Positions 51,301-61,819 are shown, counted from the stretch's first letter. The stretch: DNA of 64,000 nt from an uncultured Verrucomicrobiae bacterium (GCA_963837955.1 CAWIPH010000002.1:4672001-4736000); one strand, 5' to 3'. The notes: generated by a model not told the origin, from the letters alone. Made by a program: numbers and translations.

Positions 51301-52242
51301 ATGGTGCATTGCCTGACTTTCGCCCCACTGTATCAGCCTCGAGTGTGGGGCGGCCAGAAATTGAATGCGGTTTTTGGGCGTTCTTTACCGACCAACACAC
51401 CTATCGGTGAGTCATGGGAATTGGTTGACCGGCCGAACGAACAAAGCGTTGTCGATCACGGCCCATACCAGGGAAGGTCACTCCATCGGCTCTGGAGCGA
51501 ACAACGGGATGAGCTGTTTGGAGGCCGGTTCACGGAGGAACGCTTTCCGATCCTCATCAAGATTTTGGATGCTGCGGAGCCACTTTCCGTCCAGGTTCAT
51601 CCGCCTTTAACCGTGGCAAAAGAGCTGAATGGAGATCCCAAAACCGAGATCTGGTATTTTGTGCAAACGGCGCCTGACGCCGGTATCTATGTCGGCCTCA
51701 AACACGGCACATCCAAAGATCAATTCAAGGCGGCTTTAGCGGATGGAACCGTTGCCGACCTCGTTCATCGTGTTGCCACTCGTCCGGACAGTTTCATTTT
51801 TATTCCAAGCGGTCGCATTCACGCAATCGATGCTGGTAATCTGATTTTTGAAATTCAACAGAATAGCGATACCACTTATCGAGTCTTTGATTGGAACCGA
51901 GTAGGACTAGATGGAAAACTTCGAGAACTGCATATCGAGCAATGTCTAGCCAGTATCGACTTCTCCGATTTCGAACCGGGCCTAGGCCAAGCGGTCGACG
52001 ACGTCCTAGCGTCATGCCATCATTTCCACGTAGAGTGTTGGCATCTGAAAGAATCGCGTCCAGCCCACAACCAGCAGCAATTTGCCGTATTTCAATGCGT
52101 GAGCGGAAAGGTAGAATTCGCCCATCGCCATTTTGGACCAGGCGACCTTTTTCTTGCCACAGTCGAAGGACATAAGGAAATGCTCAACCCATTGGACTCA
52201 AACACCAAGGTAATACGTACAACATTGATGAGAACTGACTGA
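51301..52242 (+). CDS. manA: Mannose-6-phosphate isomerase, class I (cupin)
   Basis: VWGG, GESWE, FPILIKILDA, LSVQVHP, KTEIW, HAI, EIQQNSDTTYR. Confidence 0.92.
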   Translation: MVHCLTFAPLYQPRVWGGQKLNAVFGRSLPTNTPIGESWELVDRPNEQSVVDHGPYQGRSLHRLWSEQRDELFGGRFTEERFPILIKILDAAEPLSVQVHPPLTVAKELNGDPKTEIWYFVQTAPDAGIYVGLKHGTSKDQFKAALADGTVADLVHRVATRPDSFIFIPSGRIHAIDAGNLIFEIQQNSDTTYRVFDWNRVGLDGKLRELHIEQCLASIDFSDFEPGLGQAVDDVLASCHHFHVECWHLKESRPAHNQQQFAVFQCVSGKVEFAHRHFGPGDLFLATVEGHKEMLNPLDSNTKVIRTTLMRTD

Positions 52243-52270
52243 ATGCCGGAGCCAAAACGTGACCGTCAAA

Positions 52271-52299
52271 TTGACTACCCACTTCCGAAACATTAGCCT
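52271..52299 (+). promoter_or_regulatory. Putative sigma70 promoter (leaderless geometry)
   Basis: TTGACT-17 nt-TAGCCT-6 nt-GTG 52306. Confidence 0.5.
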
Positions 52300-52305
52300 C
52301 CGCTC

Positions 52306-53334
52306 GTGAAAATTTTCACAAAGTCAGCTCTCCGGAGCCTTGCCTCCCGGAAAATGCAACATGCTATTGAGCTGATTAACCCCCACCTTTACGCAGTCGA
52401 AGAGCGTATCCGCGAGCAAGCACGCTCTTTTGACCCAACCATCGAAGGGTATATCGCCTACGCCTGTGGTAGTAGCGGTAAGAGATTGCGGCCGGCACTC
52501 GCTCTTCTAGCCGGCGGCGCCACCGGTGATATTTGTCCAAGCCATGTTGATTTAGCTGTAATCTTGGAGCTCGTTCATCTCGCATCGCTGGTCCATGACG
52601 ACATTATGGACAGTGCCGATATTCGGCGCGAGCAACCTACGGCGAGCGCGAAATGGGGTAACAGCCTGGCTGTTCTTTTGGGCGATTGTCTTTTCGCTCA
52701 CGCCCTGAAACTCGCCACCGCTTTCCCCAATATTGAGATTTGTCGGCGCATCGCCCAGGCCGCTAAAGATGTTTGTTCGGGCGAAATTATTCAGACTCAA
52801 CGGCGCTACGACCTTAATCTCACCGTTGCCGACTACCTGCGGATTATTGAAATGAAAACAGCGGCGCTCTTTGCGGCTGCTGGCGAACTGGGCGCACTGA
52901 TTAGCGGCGCGAGTCCCGATGTCATTACCGCATTTAAGACATACGGCCTTAAACTCGGAACTGCTTACCAGATTTACGATGATTGTCTCGACCTGGCAGG
53001 GACCGAAGAAACGGCCGGGAAGACTCTGGGATCCGATTTGCGAAAAGGAAAACTCACTCTTCCACTGATCTATCTTTTGGAAACCGCTGACCAAGAGCAA
53101 TACCACCGATTTAGTGAAATCCTCTTGCGCAGCGATCCAGATGAGTTGGCTGAGATGCAGAGCGATGTGACTACGAGCGGCTGCCTGCGTCGGGCCGTCG
53201 AAACAACTAAACGGCTAGTCGCGGATGCCAAGCAAGAGCTCAAACACGTTTCGCTCAACAAGTATACGCTAGCTATGCAGGAGATCGGAGATTTCTTATC
53301 CGACACCGTTGACCAATTCGCGGTCGCAGCCTGA
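52306..53334 (+). CDS. Long-chain trans-polyprenyl diphosphate synthase (IspB/HepT-like)
   Basis: GKRLRP, ASLVHDDIMD..RR, KTAALF, YQIYDDCLD. Confidence 0.92.
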   Translation: MKIFTKSALRSLASRKMQHAIELINPHLYAVEERIREQARSFDPTIEGYIAYACGSSGKRLRPALALLAGGATGDICPSHVDLAVILELVHLASLVHDDIMDSADIRREQPTASAKWGNSLAVLLGDCLFAHALKLATAFPNIEICRRIAQAAKDVCSGEIIQTQRRYDLNLTVADYLRIIEMKTAALFAAAGELGALISGASPDVITAFKTYGLKLGTAYQIYDDCLDLAGTEETAGKTLGSDLRKGKLTLPLIYLLETADQEQYHRFSEILLRSDPDELAEMQSDVTTSGCLRRAVETTKRLVADAKQELKHVSLNKYTLAMQEIGDFLSDTVDQFAVAA

Positions 53335-53446
53335 TCTCAGGTAAGGTCCTGCTGCATAGCCCCTTTGGCTGCCTTCTTTTTCCCGTAGGACCACTCGCAA
53401 ACAAGCTTGTGCACATATAGCAACACGTTATTAGTATGTGTTGAAT

Positions 53447-54145
53447 ATGATCGAATGCACCATTCACGAGATACCATCAGAAGAGAGACCTCGGGAAAAA
53501 CTATTGTCGCGCGGGGTTTCCGCGCTGAGTGATGCTGAGCTGATCGCTATTCTGCTCAGAACAGGAATTCGCGGTGCTAACGCGATTGCCTTGGCCGAAC
53601 AGCTGTTGCAGCGATTTGGATCGTTTGCCAACCTCGCGCGAACTCCAGTGCTGGAACTGGCAAAAGTCAGAGGAATCGGCTTGGCTAAAGGAATTCAGCT
53701 GGCAGCTTCGTTCGCCGTCGGAGCACGCCTCGCCTCGGAACGGATCAGAAATGAGCCAATCGACAATCCCCAGACAATCCACGATCTCCTTGGGCCGGAA
53801 ATGCGTCTCTTGGACCGCGAATCACTGCGAGCAGTATTACTCGATGCCAAGCAACGACTGATAGTGGTCCAAGAAATCTCTCGGGGGACGCTAAACGAAA
53901 GTTTGGCTCATCCACGGGAGATCTTTAAGACCGCGATCACACATTCCGCGTTTTCCTTTATTCTGGTGCACAACCATCCATCGGGGGATCCCTCGCCGAG
54001 TGAAGCAGACGCCAGGTTAACCCGGCGTGTCGCCGACGCTTCGAGAATTCTTCAAATCACGCTGCACGACCACGTCATTATCGGTGCGCCTCAAGATGGA
54101 AATCGCGGCTATTTCAGTTTCAAAGAAGCCGGACTAATCGGCTAG
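53447..54145 (+). CDS. radC: RadC family JAB-domain protein
   Basis: RPREKL, LSDAELIAILL, HPREIF, VHNHPSGDPSPSEAD, DHVII. Confidence 0.95.
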   Translation: MIECTIHEIPSEERPREKLLSRGVSALSDAELIAILLRTGIRGANAIALAEQLLQRFGSFANLARTPVLELAKVRGIGLAKGIQLAASFAVGARLASERIRNEPIDNPQTIHDLLGPEMRLLDRESLRAVLLDAKQRLIVVQEISRGTLNESLAHPREIFKTAITHSAFSFILVHNHPSGDPSPSEADARLTRRVADASRILQITLHDHVIIGAPQDGNRGYFSFKEAGLIG

Positions 54146-55032
54146 TTTCGATATTGATCCTTCACGTAAGTGATAAAACGTGTGACGACTTCGCTCACCG
54201 GTCCTCTTCGCCAGGCGATTCCATACCGGATCTTTGCCTCGACTGGGTGGAGTGGTACAAAACTGACCCCAGGGGCTGGTAGGCGGCTGATATGTTCAGG
54301 AAAAATGGAGATTCCGAATCCGGCCGCGACATACTGGACGCCGGTCCGCGCCCGATCAACTTCCTGGACAACTCTCGGCGTAAAACCCGCCCGATAACAT
54401 AAACGGGATAACCATGCTCGGTAGCTTGGAGCGTTCTTGCTGGAGGTGAAGATAAATGGTTCGTCACGAAGTCGGGTAAGCGCCACTGACTCCATCTTCG
54501 CGACCGGGTGATCATTTGGCACGCCGACCATCGGATTTTCTTCGGTGATACATTCAAGCCGGAGCCCGGGCGGTGGCTTACCATCAATTGGACCAACCAG
54601 CCCGATATCCAGGGTTCGCGCCAGCAACGCTTCTAATTGCTGAGAGGGAACCATCTCGGTCAACGAAACGTCCACGCCAGGATATTTTAGGCGAAATCGT
54701 TTTAACACGTGCGGCATCCATTCGTGACTCTGAGCACCGATGAAGCCAATGGCCAGAGAGGCAGCGTCTCCTCGCCCAATCCTGCGAAGTTTTCGTCCGG
54801 TATCCTCCAGTGTCTGGAAAATTTGATCGATTCCCGTAAGGAAGATCTTACCGGCCGCGGTTAGTTGAACCTGGCGACTGTTTCGCTCAAACAGGCCGAC
54901 GCCAAGTTCTCTCTCCAAGTCTCGAATTTGCGAGCTCACCGCGGATTGGGCCACGTGGAGCAAGGCAGCCGCGCGAGTAAAACTGAGCTCTTCGGCAACC
55001 GTTTTAAAATAGCGCAGGTGCCGCAATTCCAT
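54142..55032 (-). CDS. LysR-family transcriptional regulator
   Basis: MELRHLRYFKTVAEELSFTRAAALLHVAQSAVSSQIRDLERELG. Confidence 0.96.
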   Translation of the reverse strand: MELRHLRYFKTVAEELSFTRAAALLHVAQSAVSSQIRDLERELGVGLFERNSRQVQLTAAGKIFLTGIDQIFQTLEDTGRKLRRIGRGDAASLAIGFIGAQSHEWMPHVLKRFRLKYPGVDVSLTEMVPSQQLEALLARTLDIGLVGPIDGKPPPGLRLECITEENPMVGVPNDHPVAKMESVALTRLRDEPFIFTSSKNAPSYRAWLSRLCYRAGFTPRVVQEVDRARTGVQYVAAGFGISIFPEHISRLPAPGVSFVPLHPVEAKIRYGIAWRRGPVSEVVTRFITYVKDQYRN

Positions 55033-55042
55033 CCAGAGAGCA

Positions 55043-55057
55043 ATCTATATTTAAGAT
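55043..55057. promoter_or_regulatory. LysR box (ATC-N9-GAT, T-N11-A)
   Basis: ATCTATATTTAAGAT in the divergent LysR/MFS intergenic region. Confidence 0.6.
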
Positions 55058-55118
55058 AGGAGCAAGCGCAACAAGCTATTTTTATTATCATTTCAAGCTC
55101 ATATGATGAGGGAGCATT

Positions 55119-56654
55119 ATGATTCGTTTCCTGGTCCGCTCTGCTTCCTCTCAGGACCTGGGTACCTCTCCTCTCCACCGTCGTCCGCTCCTGAACGTAA
55201 AGGGCGGCCGTAAATCCGACCAGGGAGATCGAAACAAATGGTTCTCGCTTGCGGTGCTACTGGTTGGTCCGTTCCTCGGCGTCATTGATTTCTTTATCGC
55301 CAATCTTGGCATTCCATCGATCAAGAAATCTCTGCATGCCGGCTTTAGTGAAACGGAGCTAATCGTGGCCGGTTATGGTTTAACCTACGCCGTCTGTCTG
55401 ATCACCGGGGGAAGACTAGGCGACATATTCGGGCGGAAGAAGGTTTTCATTTTCGGGATGTTAGGTTTCAGCGCTGCTTCAGCGTTCTGCGGCTGGGCTG
55501 GTGACGCGACGGCTTTGATTTTTTGGCGTCTGCTCCAAGGGTGCGCCGCCGCGGTGATGTTCCCGCAAGCCCTCTCTTTCATCCAGGTGAATTTCACAGG
55601 ATCGGCCAAGCGCCTGGCCTTCAGCGCTTACGGGGCGATGATCGGTTTTGGGTCAATCGTCGGTCAAATCTTGGGTGGTTTCTTGATTCAAGCCGACCTA
55701 TTCCATCTTGGTTGGCGGCCGATTTTCCTCATTAATCTGCCCTTGGGACTAATCACGATTCTGGCCGCATCCCTATTTTTGAATGAATCGAGGGCGGAAA
55801 ACGCGCCCCGGCTCGATCCAATCGGAACGTTATTACTCACGATCGGTCTGTTCTTGTTCTCATTGCCTTTCATGGAGGGCACAGATGCTGGTTGGCCTTT
55901 TTGGGCATGGGGAGCCCTGGCCGCCAGCATCCCCTTTTTTGTCGCGTTTTATCGGTTCGAGTGCCGCTGCTCGGTTGACGGAGGCTCTCCGCTGGTCGAG
56001 CCCCGTCTGTTCCGGGATCGAGGATTCATGATAGGGATTCTGGTCACCTGCATTTATTTCGCAGGGCACACCTCGATGATATTGGTGCTTAGCTTGTTTT
56101 TGCAGCTGAGTTTGCAATTGGATCCGTTTCACGCCGGGTTGGTGTTAGCTCCATTCTCCTTCGGGTTTCTCGTGGGATCATCGTTTTCCGGAAAGCTTAA
56201 CGGTCTTTTCGGCCGCAATTCGCTACACTTGGGCGCAGCAATTCTGGCGGTTTCGCTGGTTGGCTTGTCGATTCAGGCAGCCCTTAGTCACGGTCAGATT
56301 ACACTGCTATTCGTTCTCACGTGTTCCGTCTATGGGGTAGGTCGAGGTCTGGTTACAGCTCCACTCTACAATACGGTGCTCAGCGGGATACCAGCGCGTG
56401 ATGCCGGCTCTGCTGCCGGTGTCACTTCCATGGCCCAGCAGGTGGCTAATTCGGTTGGCATTGCCGTAATTGGATCTCTCGTTTTCTCGTTGATTCCTTC
56501 ACGGGCCACTCCCGCGGACTACGCACATGGCTTCGTTGCCTCAAGCCTGATTAATCTTGCTCTCCTGGCTGCCGCTTCGATCCTGCTGCTGTTGGTCCCA
56601 AAGAGCCGAGGTCGTGATGTGGCAGCTTTCGACCCGGCTATGGCCGAGGCCTGA
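55119..56654 (+). CDS. MFS efflux transporter, DHA2 (14-TM) type
   Basis: DFFIANLGIP, GGRLGDIFGRKK, RLLQG, GWRPIFLINLPLG. Confidence 0.92.
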   Translation: MIRFLVRSASSQDLGTSPLHRRPLLNVKGGRKSDQGDRNKWFSLAVLLVGPFLGVIDFFIANLGIPSIKKSLHAGFSETELIVAGYGLTYAVCLITGGRLGDIFGRKKVFIFGMLGFSAASAFCGWAGDATALIFWRLLQGCAAAVMFPQALSFIQVNFTGSAKRLAFSAYGAMIGFGSIVGQILGGFLIQADLFHLGWRPIFLINLPLGLITILAASLFLNESRAENAPRLDPIGTLLLTIGLFLFSLPFMEGTDAGWPFWAWGALAASIPFFVAFYRFECRCSVDGGSPLVEPRLFRDRGFMIGILVTCIYFAGHTSMILVLSLFLQLSLQLDPFHAGLVLAPFSFGFLVGSSFSGKLNGLFGRNSLHLGAAILAVSLVGLSIQAALSHGQITLLFVLTCSVYGVGRGLVTAPLYNTVLSGIPARDAGSAAGVTSMAQQVANSVGIAVIGSLVFSLIPSRATPADYAHGFVASSLINLALLAAASILLLLVPKSRGRDVAAFDPAMAEA

Positions 56655-56735
56655 AACCTTGGCCAGATGAACTTCAGGGGCCGTCGTTCGCCCGAATGAT
56701 CGACAGATGACAGGGATGCATTCTATTAATCCGGA

Positions 56736-57548
56736 ATGATTCATCCGACCGCTATCGTTGATTCCCGAGCGGAAATCGGGCCAGGGACGCAAATCGGGCC
56801 CTATGTAGTGATCGAAGGCCCGGTAGTCGTCGGCGCAGACAACGAAATTCAAGCTCACGCGATCATCACTGGAGAAGTTCGGATCGGGACCCGAAATCTG
56901 ATTGGCTACGGCACCGTGATTGGAGGACTTCCGCAGGACCTCGCATTTGATCGTTCTTGCTCGACGCGCACAGAGATCGGCAATGACAACGTCATTCGGG
57001 AGCACTGTACAATCCATCGCGGCACGAAACCGGCGAGCGCTACAACCATAGGCTCCCATAATATGCTGATGGTAGGGGCGCATTTAGGACATAATACGCA
57101 GATTGGAAACCACGTGATTCTCGCCAACAACGTGTTACTGGGCGGATATGTTCAAGTTGGAGATCGCGCATTTCTCGGGGGTGGCGCCGTATTTCACCAA
57201 AACATTCGGATAGGATCTGTATCGATGGTGTCCGGGGCGGCTGCAGTCAGCAAAGACGTTCCGCCCTTCTCCATTGCGGTCGGCATGAATAGCGTTGTGG
57301 GGGTCAATATTGTCGGTCTACGCCGAGCGGGATTCGGATCGGCTTTGCGGACGGAAGTGAAGAGAGCGCACGACCTCTTGTATCATTCCGGCCTGAAAAT
57401 CACCGAGGCCATCGCTCGCGCGGCGGAAACAACTTGGTCCGTTCCCGTTCAGGAATTCTGGGACTTTGTCCAGTCTTCTAAACGCGGTGTATGTGCTTTC
57501 GCAAGATTCAGCGATATCAAGGAAGAAAGTATTTCGGATGCCGAGTAG
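56736..57548 (+). CDS. lpxA: Acyl-ACP:UDP-GlcNAc O-acyltransferase (stand-alone copy)
   Basis: IHPTAIV hexapeptide repeats, PQDL, IREHCTIHRGT, AHLGHN, VFHQ, KDVPP, GVNIVGLRR. Confidence 0.92.
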   Translation: MIHPTAIVDSRAEIGPGTQIGPYVVIEGPVVVGADNEIQAHAIITGEVRIGTRNLIGYGTVIGGLPQDLAFDRSCSTRTEIGNDNVIREHCTIHRGTKPASATTIGSHNMLMVGAHLGHNTQIGNHVILANNVLLGGYVQVGDRAFLGGGAVFHQNIRIGSVSMVSGAAAVSKDVPPFSIAVGMNSVVGVNIVGLRRAGFGSALRTEVKRAHDLLYHSGLKITEAIARAAETTWSVPVQEFWDFVQSSKRGVCAFARFSDIKEESISDAE

Positions 57549-57802
57549 GGACGACCATCGTCGCGGAGGAGACTTCGTCTTTTCGGGTAGTTTCCCGTGT
57601 CAATTTTTGACCTCAGCGAATACCTAATTTCCTTCTTTTGGCTTGGAGAGGAACTGGACAATTTCGGTCAAACTTCGTGAAAAATTCGCTCCGTTTTGTC
57701 GAAAAACTGGCTTCCTTGCCGAAATTTAGCATTTTTGCGACAACGTTGATTCATAAGATTTTCCATTGACATCGTCCCGGAAAAGAGAACCTTCGGGACT
57801 TT

Positions 57803-58303
57803 ATGAAGTTATTCCACCTGCTCTCGGTGGGATTGTCGTTCTTAGTTGCTAGTTGTGCTTTAGATGATTCTCACAACAAATCTGCTGCGGCATCCCCCAA
57901 AAGCTCGCCGAAAACCGTCCAGGTAAGGACCACAGCATATACCCACTCCGAAGCAGGGCATCGACAATATGGCAGGAGCAACGCCATTGGCACCCGACTG
58001 GCTGTTGGTGGGACGAATAGTGCCGCCGCGGATTGGTCTAAATTTCCGGTAGGTACGAAGTTCAAAATTCTCGGCCAGAAGCAGCTCTATGTCGTCGATG
58101 ACTATGGTTCGGCTCTTGTGGGAAAAAATACGATCGATCTATATATGCCCACATGTGGCATGATGAATCGATGGGGCACGAGGAGTGTCACGATCGAATT
58201 GATCGAACTGGGTTCCTACACAGATAGTCTGAAGATTCTCCGCCCGCGCTGCCGGGCAGCCTACATCCGAAGAATGGTGACGAGTCTTCAGTCGAAAATC
58301 TGA
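57803..58303 (+). CDS. 3D-domain lipoprotein (lytic transglycosylase-like)
   Basis: Lipobox LVASC; TTAY, AAADW..FPVGT, VDDYG, TIDLY. Confidence 0.85.
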   Translation: MKLFHLLSVGLSFLVASCALDDSHNKSAAASPKSSPKTVQVRTTAYTHSEAGHRQYGRSNAIGTRLAVGGTNSAAADWSKFPVGTKFKILGQKQLYVVDDYGSALVGKNTIDLYMPTCGMMNRWGTRSVTIELIELGSYTDSLKILRPRCRAAYIRRMVTSLQSKI

Positions 58304-58416
58304 GGCGACTCTGCAAATTGCGGCCGTTTTCTTAAAAGAGAGGCCGCTTCCCCGACCGCGAAACACTTCGTTTTTTCGGCTAGGCAGCAAGCGAAATCCG
58401 GTTAGGGTCACGCCCT

Positions 58417-59388
58417 GTGAATGTATTCGTCACCGGCGGGGCCGGTTATATCGGAAGCGTCTGCGTTGAAGAACTTCTCAACCTTGGATACGCGGTTACA
58501 GTCTTCGACAATTGCTCCGAGGGTCATCGGCAAGCGATTGATCCTCGGGCGCGGTTCATCGAGGGGAATTTAAACGAACCAGCATCGATCCTTGCCGCGG
58601 TGAGTTCTGCTGCGCCGGAGGCAATCATGCATTTCGCTGCGAACGCCCTGGTCGGCGAGTCCATGGAAAATCCGTACAAATATTTTCATAATAATGTTTA
58701 CGGTGGCCTCAATTTGCTACGTGCGGCCGTGGAGGCTGGCGTGAAGAGGTTTGTCTTTTCGTCTACGTGCGCCACTTATGGCATCCCCGAACGGGTGCCG
58801 ATTGACGAAGAGACTCCGCAACATCCGATTAACCCGTACGGAGAGTCAAAGCTGATGTTTGAGAGGATGCTTCGGTGGTTCGATCAGATTCATGGGATTA
58901 AATATGTGGCGCTCCGCTACTTCAATGCTGCGGGAGCTTCCGAGCGATTTGGGGAACACCACCGGATCGAGACCCACCTGATTCCGCGAATTCTGGCCGT
59001 TGCGCTCGGCCACAGCCAACACGCGGAGATATTTGGCACCGATTATCCCACTCCGGACGGTACCTGCATTCGCGACTACATCCATATCTACGACCTGGCC
59101 CAGGCCCATATCCTTGCTCTGTCCACCCCCGATAGCGGCTATTTCAATCTGGGGACCGGCGGAGGTGTCTCGGTCTACGAGGTCATCGAAGCATGTCGCC
59201 AAGTCACTGGGCGCGAGATTCCTGTGGTAGAGAAACCGCGCCGGCCGGGAGATCCTCCTCGGCTGATCGCCGCGTCAGCGAAAGCCCAGAAAGTTTTAGG
59301 ATGGATACCGAGATATCAGGACATTCACGGAATCGTGAAAAGCGCCTGGGCATGGCACGAAAAGCATCCGAATGGTTATTCGGAATAA
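58417..59388 (+). CDS. galE: UDP-glucose 4-epimerase
   Basis: TGGAGYIGS, FSSTCATYG, YGESK, LRYFN, DGTCIRDYIH. Confidence 0.96.
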   Translation: MNVFVTGGAGYIGSVCVEELLNLGYAVTVFDNCSEGHRQAIDPRARFIEGNLNEPASILAAVSSAAPEAIMHFAANALVGESMENPYKYFHNNVYGGLNLLRAAVEAGVKRFVFSSTCATYGIPERVPIDEETPQHPINPYGESKLMFERMLRWFDQIHGIKYVALRYFNAAGASERFGEHHRIETHLIPRILAVALGHSQHAEIFGTDYPTPDGTCIRDYIHIYDLAQAHILALSTPDSGYFNLGTGGGVSVYEVIEACRQVTGREIPVVEKPRRPGDPPRLIAASAKAQKVLGWIPRYQDIHGIVKSAWAWHEKHPNGYSE

Positions 59389-59522
59389 CGCCATGGATCT
59401 TCAGATTGGAGCGTCGAGTCGAAAACCGTTCTGGATCTACTCGTCCGACTAAGAGGTTTCTCCTTGCTTTTATCGCTTAGCCGCGATTCGGTGGGGTTCA
59501 TTTTCAGTGCTCTAACCCTTCC

Positions 59523-61745
59523 ATGACTGGCCGGCTAATCGCCCTCTCGCTGTTGCTTTGGCTTACGACAGTTTGTCGCGCCCAGGACGTCGCCGAGCTG
59601 CCGAAGTTCGGTGAATTTCCGGTCGAAATCACAGCCGATGAAACCAAATATGAAGGTGGCGTCGCAATTGCCCAAAATCATGTGGTCATTCATTACGGCG
59701 ACATTGCGATTTATTGCGAATACGCTCAATACAACCCGGACACGCACGATGTCCTGCTCAAGGATCGCGTGCGAATCTATCGACAAGATTACGCATTTAC
59801 CTGCGACCGGGCCGTCTACAACCTCGAAACCAAGAAACTCATAGCGGCAGATTTTGGCGGCGCCAAGCCGCCCTTCGAGTTCACGGGGGACAATCTTACC
59901 TCGATTCAAGAGAACGAGTACAAAGTCTATAATGGGACGCTGACCACGAGCGATTCATCAAAACCAGACTACCACGTCAAAGCCAAAGGCATTCGGATTT
60001 ATCCAAATGACCGAGTCATCTTCACCAATGCCACCATGTATGTTGGCACAACGCCGGTTTTCTGGTTTCCCTACCTTTACCAGTCGCTAAATGACGAATT
60101 TTCTATTTTACCGAGCGTTGGCTACAACAGCACCTACGGCGCGTTCTTGTTTACCCTGATCAAGTTTCCCGTAAACGATTACACGGACGCCACACTCCAT
60201 CTTAACTGGAGTTCGTCACGCGGCCCATCCATCGGCTTGGACCTCTCTTACATTTTCGGAGATAATGACGAGAACTACGGTACCTTAAAGACTTTTTACA
60301 TCAACGACCAGGAACCGAATCTCAACCAAACGTCTCTAGGACGACAAACAATTAGCCCTGGTCGTTACCGGATCACTTACCAATCCCGAACGTACTTGAC
60401 CAGCGATATCAGCGCGGTCGTCAACGTTACCAAATTGAGCGATCCCTTTGTGCTTCAGGACTATTATCCCTTCGAATTTCAGGTCGATCCGCAGCCAGAT
60501 AGCTTTCTCGAAGTCGTCAAGAAAGGAGAAGCGTACACCCTTAGCGGTTTCGTTCGTTACCAAGTAAACCCTTTTTTCGAGACGACCGAGCGGCTGCCGG
60601 AATTTTCGTGGGAAATAGCGCGCACGCCCCTGCTAAATTCGCCGATTTTTTATGAAGCGACCACAAGCGCTGGTTTCTTGCGGCGAGCATTTCAGTCCGC
60701 ATCACCAAACCCCGATTACCATTCTTTTCGCCTTGATACCTTTCATCAATTTACCTATCCGAAAACTTACTTCGGATGGCTCTCTTTCGTACCGCGAGTG
60801 GGTGTTCGCGGCACCTACTACGAAGACACCGGACAATTCATCCAAGCTGACTCTCTTTTCAATAACACGTTTCCGGCAGTCGGCGTGATTAAGCCCGAAG
60901 GCGCTGGGAGCCGGGTCGTGTTCAATGCTGGCGCGGAGGCTTCTTTCAAGCTTTCACGAGCCTACGAGGGCGTTCAAATCCGGTGGCTTGGCCTGGATGG
61001 GTTGCGCCATGTCATCCAACCGTTCAGCGATTTCTCATGGGTTTCGAACCCGAGCCTCAAGCCGGGAGATATTCTTCCTTTTGATCGATTTATTCCAAGC
61101 TCGCAGATCCCCCCGATCGAATTCCCCCAATTTGTGGCGACTGATTCGATCGACCATGAGACGGTCTGGCGAATCGGTGTTCGGAACCGTCTGCAAACCC
61201 GGCGTGATAACGCAACCCTGAACTGGTTAGAGGTAGACAACTACTTTGATGTGAATTTTCGGAATCCTTATCAGCCGGGTCACTATTCGGATCTGGTCAG
61301 TAATATCCGATTTAATCCGGTACCATGGCTCAATCTAGTCGTTAATTCCCAGTTACCCGTTTTTAGCAAGAAACAGTTCTGGGAAATTAACACCTACCTT
61401 TGGTGGACGATTACCCCAAGCATTGACCTGTTTGTCGGCGATCTTTACCTCGACCACAGCACCGCCTTTACCAACAGTCACCAAATCTTTGTCCAGAGCT
61501 ATTTTCGGCTTAACGACAACTGGGGATTTAGTGTTTACGAACAGTACGAGGCCGCTCTCGGCATCCTGCAAGAGCAACGGTACATTATTCACCGCGATTT
61601 GAGCAGTTGGGTTGCATCCTTCGGGTTGATCGCTCGCAATAACGGCGCCGGCAAACAGGATGTCGGCGTCCAGTTGATCTTAACGCTCAAAGACCTGCCC
61701 AAGTTCGGGCTACCAATTGATCTCACTCCGAGCAATGGACTTTGA
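59523..61745 (+). CDS. lptD: LPS-assembly protein LptD-like outer-membrane protein
   Basis: Signal peptide, OstA-like jellyroll (EITADE...AVYNLET...PVFWFPY), aromatic-rich beta-barrel region. Confidence 0.8.
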   Translation: MTGRLIALSLLLWLTTVCRAQDVAELPKFGEFPVEITADETKYEGGVAIAQNHVVIHYGDIAIYCEYAQYNPDTHDVLLKDRVRIYRQDYAFTCDRAVYNLETKKLIAADFGGAKPPFEFTGDNLTSIQENEYKVYNGTLTTSDSSKPDYHVKAKGIRIYPNDRVIFTNATMYVGTTPVFWFPYLYQSLNDEFSILPSVGYNSTYGAFLFTLIKFPVNDYTDATLHLNWSSSRGPSIGLDLSYIFGDNDENYGTLKTFYINDQEPNLNQTSLGRQTISPGRYRITYQSRTYLTSDISAVVNVTKLSDPFVLQDYYPFEFQVDPQPDSFLEVVKKGEAYTLSGFVRYQVNPFFETTERLPEFSWEIARTPLLNSPIFYEATTSAGFLRRAFQSASPNPDYHSFRLDTFHQFTYPKTYFGWLSFVPRVGVRGTYYEDTGQFIQADSLFNNTFPAVGVIKPEGAGSRVVFNAGAEASFKLSRAYEGVQIRWLGLDGLRHVIQPFSDFSWVSNPSLKPGDILPFDRFIPSSQIPPIEFPQFVATDSIDHETVWRIGVRNRLQTRRDNATLNWLEVDNYFDVNFRNPYQPGHYSDLVSNIRFNPVPWLNLVVNSQLPVFSKKQFWEINTYLWWTITPSIDLFVGDLYLDHSTAFTNSHQIFVQSYFRLNDNWGFSVYEQYEAALGILQEQRYIIHRDLSSWVASFGLIARNNGAGKQDVGVQLILTLKDLPKFGLPIDLTPSNGL

Positions 61746-61819
61746 AACGGTCGGCGACAGCTTTCGCTGGACATGATAACGATCGTCGTTATGGGAACAG
61801 CTTTGATTTCAGTATTTGT

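Noticed and set aside
53447..54145. radC as a marker of a mobile or anti-defence element
   Set aside because: Full-length chromosomal-type RadC in a housekeeping context
44442..57548. DegT-family aminotransferase plus lpxA as a diamino-glucose lipid A (GnnAB-type) pathway
   Set aside because: The genes are about 11 kb apart, no GnnA-like oxidoreductase is in the window, and specificity cannot be read by eye
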